Source of the DNA: Octopus sinensis
Lineage: Eukaryota
DNA length: 64,000 nt
Direction of reading: 5' to 3'
Assembly (NCBI RefSeq): GCF_006345805.1
Contig: NC_042998.1
Coordinates: 121,706,001-121,770,000 of the forward strand
Shown here one piece after another: positions 63,870 through 64,000 of this stretch. Position numbers and translations under genes: made by a program. Position 1 is the first letter of the stretch. Every line of letters begins with the position of its first letter. A model generated the notes under the pieces. The model saw only the letters and a list, made by a program, of their open reading frames with translations, was not told the origin of the DNA and ran no database searches.

Positions 63870-64000
63870 ATGTCTCGCATTCATGTAGGGTGCATAAATG
63901 TGCGTAGCTTGATGTCGAACTGGAAGCAAGGGCGCTTCCTAAATGATATCAGGTCACGGGATTTAGATGTTGTTGTTGCCACAGAAGCCTGGTTAAAGGG
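63870..64000 (+). CDS. LINE ORF2 N-terminus (apurinic-like endonuclease), partial
   Basis: MSRIHVGCINVRSLMSNWKQGRFLNDIRSRDLDVVVATEAWLKG fits the APE 'NVRGL...LD....E' motif. Confidence 0.85.
   Translation, partial: MSRIHVGCINVRSLMSNWKQGRFLNDIRSRDLDVVVATEAWLK

Larger units (their letters stand above)
62058..64000 (+). mobile_element. Tx1/L1-clade LINE, 5' portion (5' UTR, ORF1, start of ORF2); runs off the window
   Basis: ORF1 homologous to 22441-23645, followed 8 nt after its stop by an APE-endonuclease ORF2. The 5' boundary is inferred from a change in sequence character. Confidence 0.85.

Overview
This is an AT-rich, microsatellite-saturated eukaryotic window made almost entirely of decayed transposable elements. 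I infer an octopod cephalopod genome from the SINE, RTE and Penelope repeat types, which I recognised from memory and did not search. I could not identify an intact host gene, rRNA, true tRNA or CRISPR array. Two isolated exon candidates lie on opposite strands. Recognisable elements are CR1, RTE, R4/Dong-like and Tx1/L1-clade LINE remnants, several Penelope-like elements (PLEs), mariner and pogo/Tigger remnants and MITEs, Helitron-like non-autonomous elements, several tRNA-derived SINE families, an LTR-like 1 kb unit and a near-identical 1.27 kb tandem duplication. Two patterns stand out. (1) About ten minimal hammerhead-ribozyme (HHR)-like motifs occur, many on the arms of ORF-less fold-back palindromes (13.2-14.0, 29.4-29.7, 30.4-30.6, 53.0-53.15, 53.27-53.52 kb) that look like inverted pairs of Penelope pseudo-LTRs (pLTRs). 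(2) A complete 2.0 kb retroelement encodes only an ORF1 (no endonuclease or RT) and sits inside a SINE tRNA head with a 14-bp target-site duplication. All alignments, translations and folds were done by eye, so boundaries are approximate unless given to the base.
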